This document shows positions 31,670 to 38,383 of a stretch of 38,383 nucleotides of DNA, piece after piece. The position numbers were made by a program, and so were the translations under genes. Position 1 is the stretch's first letter. Every line of letters starts with the position of its first letter. Location of the stretch: contig NIVC01003911.1 of the NCBI GenBank assembly GCA_002269645.1, positions 1 through 38,383 on the forward strand, given 5' to 3'. The notes below the pieces were generated by a model, which saw nothing but the letters and a program-made list of their open reading frames with translations, did no database searches and was not told the origin of the DNA. This DNA comes from Macrostomum lignano. Taxonomy: Eukaryota.

Positions 31670-32611
31670 TTTCAAATTTAAAATATGAAATAGTATTCGA
31701 AGACTAAATATCAGATAAACGGGTGTGAAGCTTGTTATCAATAAAAGAAAATTATATTGAAGTTAAAAGGTACCATAGTTCCAAAACACCAAACATCTTT
31801 GTGCACAAGAAGAGAAGTAAAAAGAATTTAATATTTTTTCAACGGAAAATTATATGAAACATAGGTTCTTTAAACATTTTTTTAATTTTTTGACCGTTCT
31901 ATAACAAGACATTTGTTTTACTCTGTTTGCTGCATTATTTAAACCCGTCGGTATTCTTGACTTAAGATAGCGAAGAGTATATCGAAGCTATATAATAAAA
32001 AGGAAGGCAATAAAATTTAGAATTGTTACACTAAAAAACGGTATTCCTAAAAATCATTAGATTTTGTGCATTCACAGCAAAACAAAAAAAAGAAAAAGGA
32101 GTAAATGTTTTATGCTAGAAGTACCGACGGATACACTATCTGAATTTTATTTGCTTTTTATTATTACGTGCATGCTCTGTGTTGTGTACGTTTTTATATG
32201 TTATCGTTTGAAAAAAATCAATTGATCTGTCTGTTCGCCGTTCGCCAGTGTTTTCCAGCCTTCTAAGTATTTGTTTATTGTATTTTTTCTTTTACGCTAT
32301 TCTTATTTCTTGCTTTTTCTTTCTTAAAAACGATTGTAATATTAATTACCTTACATATAACTTTTTACTATAAAAAACGTACATTCTTTGGCTGCGAACT
32401 CCCTTCCTTCGGCACTTGCACATTATTAGTGGAATGTCATTATACTTTTGAGACAATCATTGGATCTTTTAAGCCTTCTCGATCGTAACGCGAAGAATCT
32501 TGTTCCACTATAGCTATTATAAATGATTGAATGTACGAGTGTAATTGGTAGGCTGGTGCACACACATGGCTACCTAAACAAGCTGGTTTAGTGCCTGTTT
32601 CATTAGCTCTT

Positions 32612-32755
<144 letters not shown>

Positions 32756-32913
32756 GTCCCTACACGAACCGACGGTAAATAATATAAACCTTGACTGGAT
32801 GCGTAGTGAATACACGTGTATAAAGCCTATAAACCTGTGAATGTTAAAAAACTGCAAGACGACATTAAAGAATTGACTTATAATAATACTAAACAGTCCA
32901 ACAGTATTTAATA

Positions 32914-37922
<5,009 letters not shown>

Positions 37923-37955
37923 GTGAGACAAGTTCAGCTTTTTTCAGTTGCTTCA

Positions 37956-38097
37956 GGTGAGGTGAGGTGAAGTGAGGTGAGGTGAGGTGAGTTGAGGTGA
38001 GGTGAGGTGAGGTGAGGTGAGGTGAGGTGAGGTGAAGTGAGGTGAGGTGAGGTGAGTTGAGGTGAGGTGAGGTGAGGTGAGGTGAGTGAGGTAAAGT
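37956..38097. repeat. (GTGAG)n pentanucleotide microsatellite, bestrophin intron 7
   Basis: About 28 units. Confidence 0.97.
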
Positions 38098-38267
38098 GAA
38101 AAGTTTCATATCTGACTAAAGTTGATGCTATGCTTCATCGTGGCATTAGCTTACATCTTCAAAAAATAATTGAGGTTTTGAAATAAGAGGTTTGACGTTT
38201 GAATTCTATAGAAATAATAGTAATCAATAGAGACCAACTCAAGCACCGAAATGTGGGAGTTTGCCAT

Positions 38268-38383
38268 GGGCAGATGTGCAGCAACCGACAGCTCAGCCGC
38301 AGCTATTGCGCAGCGCATCTGAAGGCTGCGTACGGCTGTTCAGTCCAATGACTGTGGGGGGGGGGTCGCCGGGGTCGCCACGC
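38268..38383 (-). mobile_element. tRNA-derived SINE, copy C (3' part, cut by the window edge)
   Basis: GCAACCGACAGCTCAGCCGCAGCTATTGCGC.GCGCATCTGAAGGCTGCGTACGGCTGTTCAGTCCAA is nearly identical to 2377-2445. Confidence 0.8.

Overview
Eukaryotic (animal) genomic DNA, not prokaryotic. It has GC-rich spliced exons, AT-rich spacers and introns packed with minisatellites. The style resembles a free-living flatworm such as Macrostomum, but that is inference only. Host genes: the 5' part of a PDCD4 gene (- strand, continues beyond the left edge), an intronless divergent ITPase/HAM1 gene (-), two tandem GPI-anchored Ly6/uPAR (three-finger) paralogues (+), a complete 6-exon DRC1/CCDC164 gene (-) and, head-to-head with it, a bestrophin gene (+, probably continuing beyond the right edge). 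Mobile DNA: a young 4.25-kb Mag-type Ty3/Gypsy LTR retrotransposon inserted into a 23-bp minisatellite between the Ly6 genes, three copies of a tRNA-derived SINE with a CORE-like domain, two TSD-flanked MITEs, a dispersed repeat family and a LINE RNase H relic. About a quarter of the window is tandem repeat. Single-base frameshifts in PDCD4 and bestrophin look like long-read assembly errors. I found no clearly new multi-gene system. Best leads: (i) the ITPase with intact catalytic residues but a rewritten base-recognition pocket; (ii) the retrotransposon, whose LTR poly(A) signal faces antisense and whose gag frame has ACG rather than ATG at the expected start; (iii) a 2.9-kb satellite whose monomer is a four-GG-tract G-quadruplex-type motif; (iv) the Ly6 pair.
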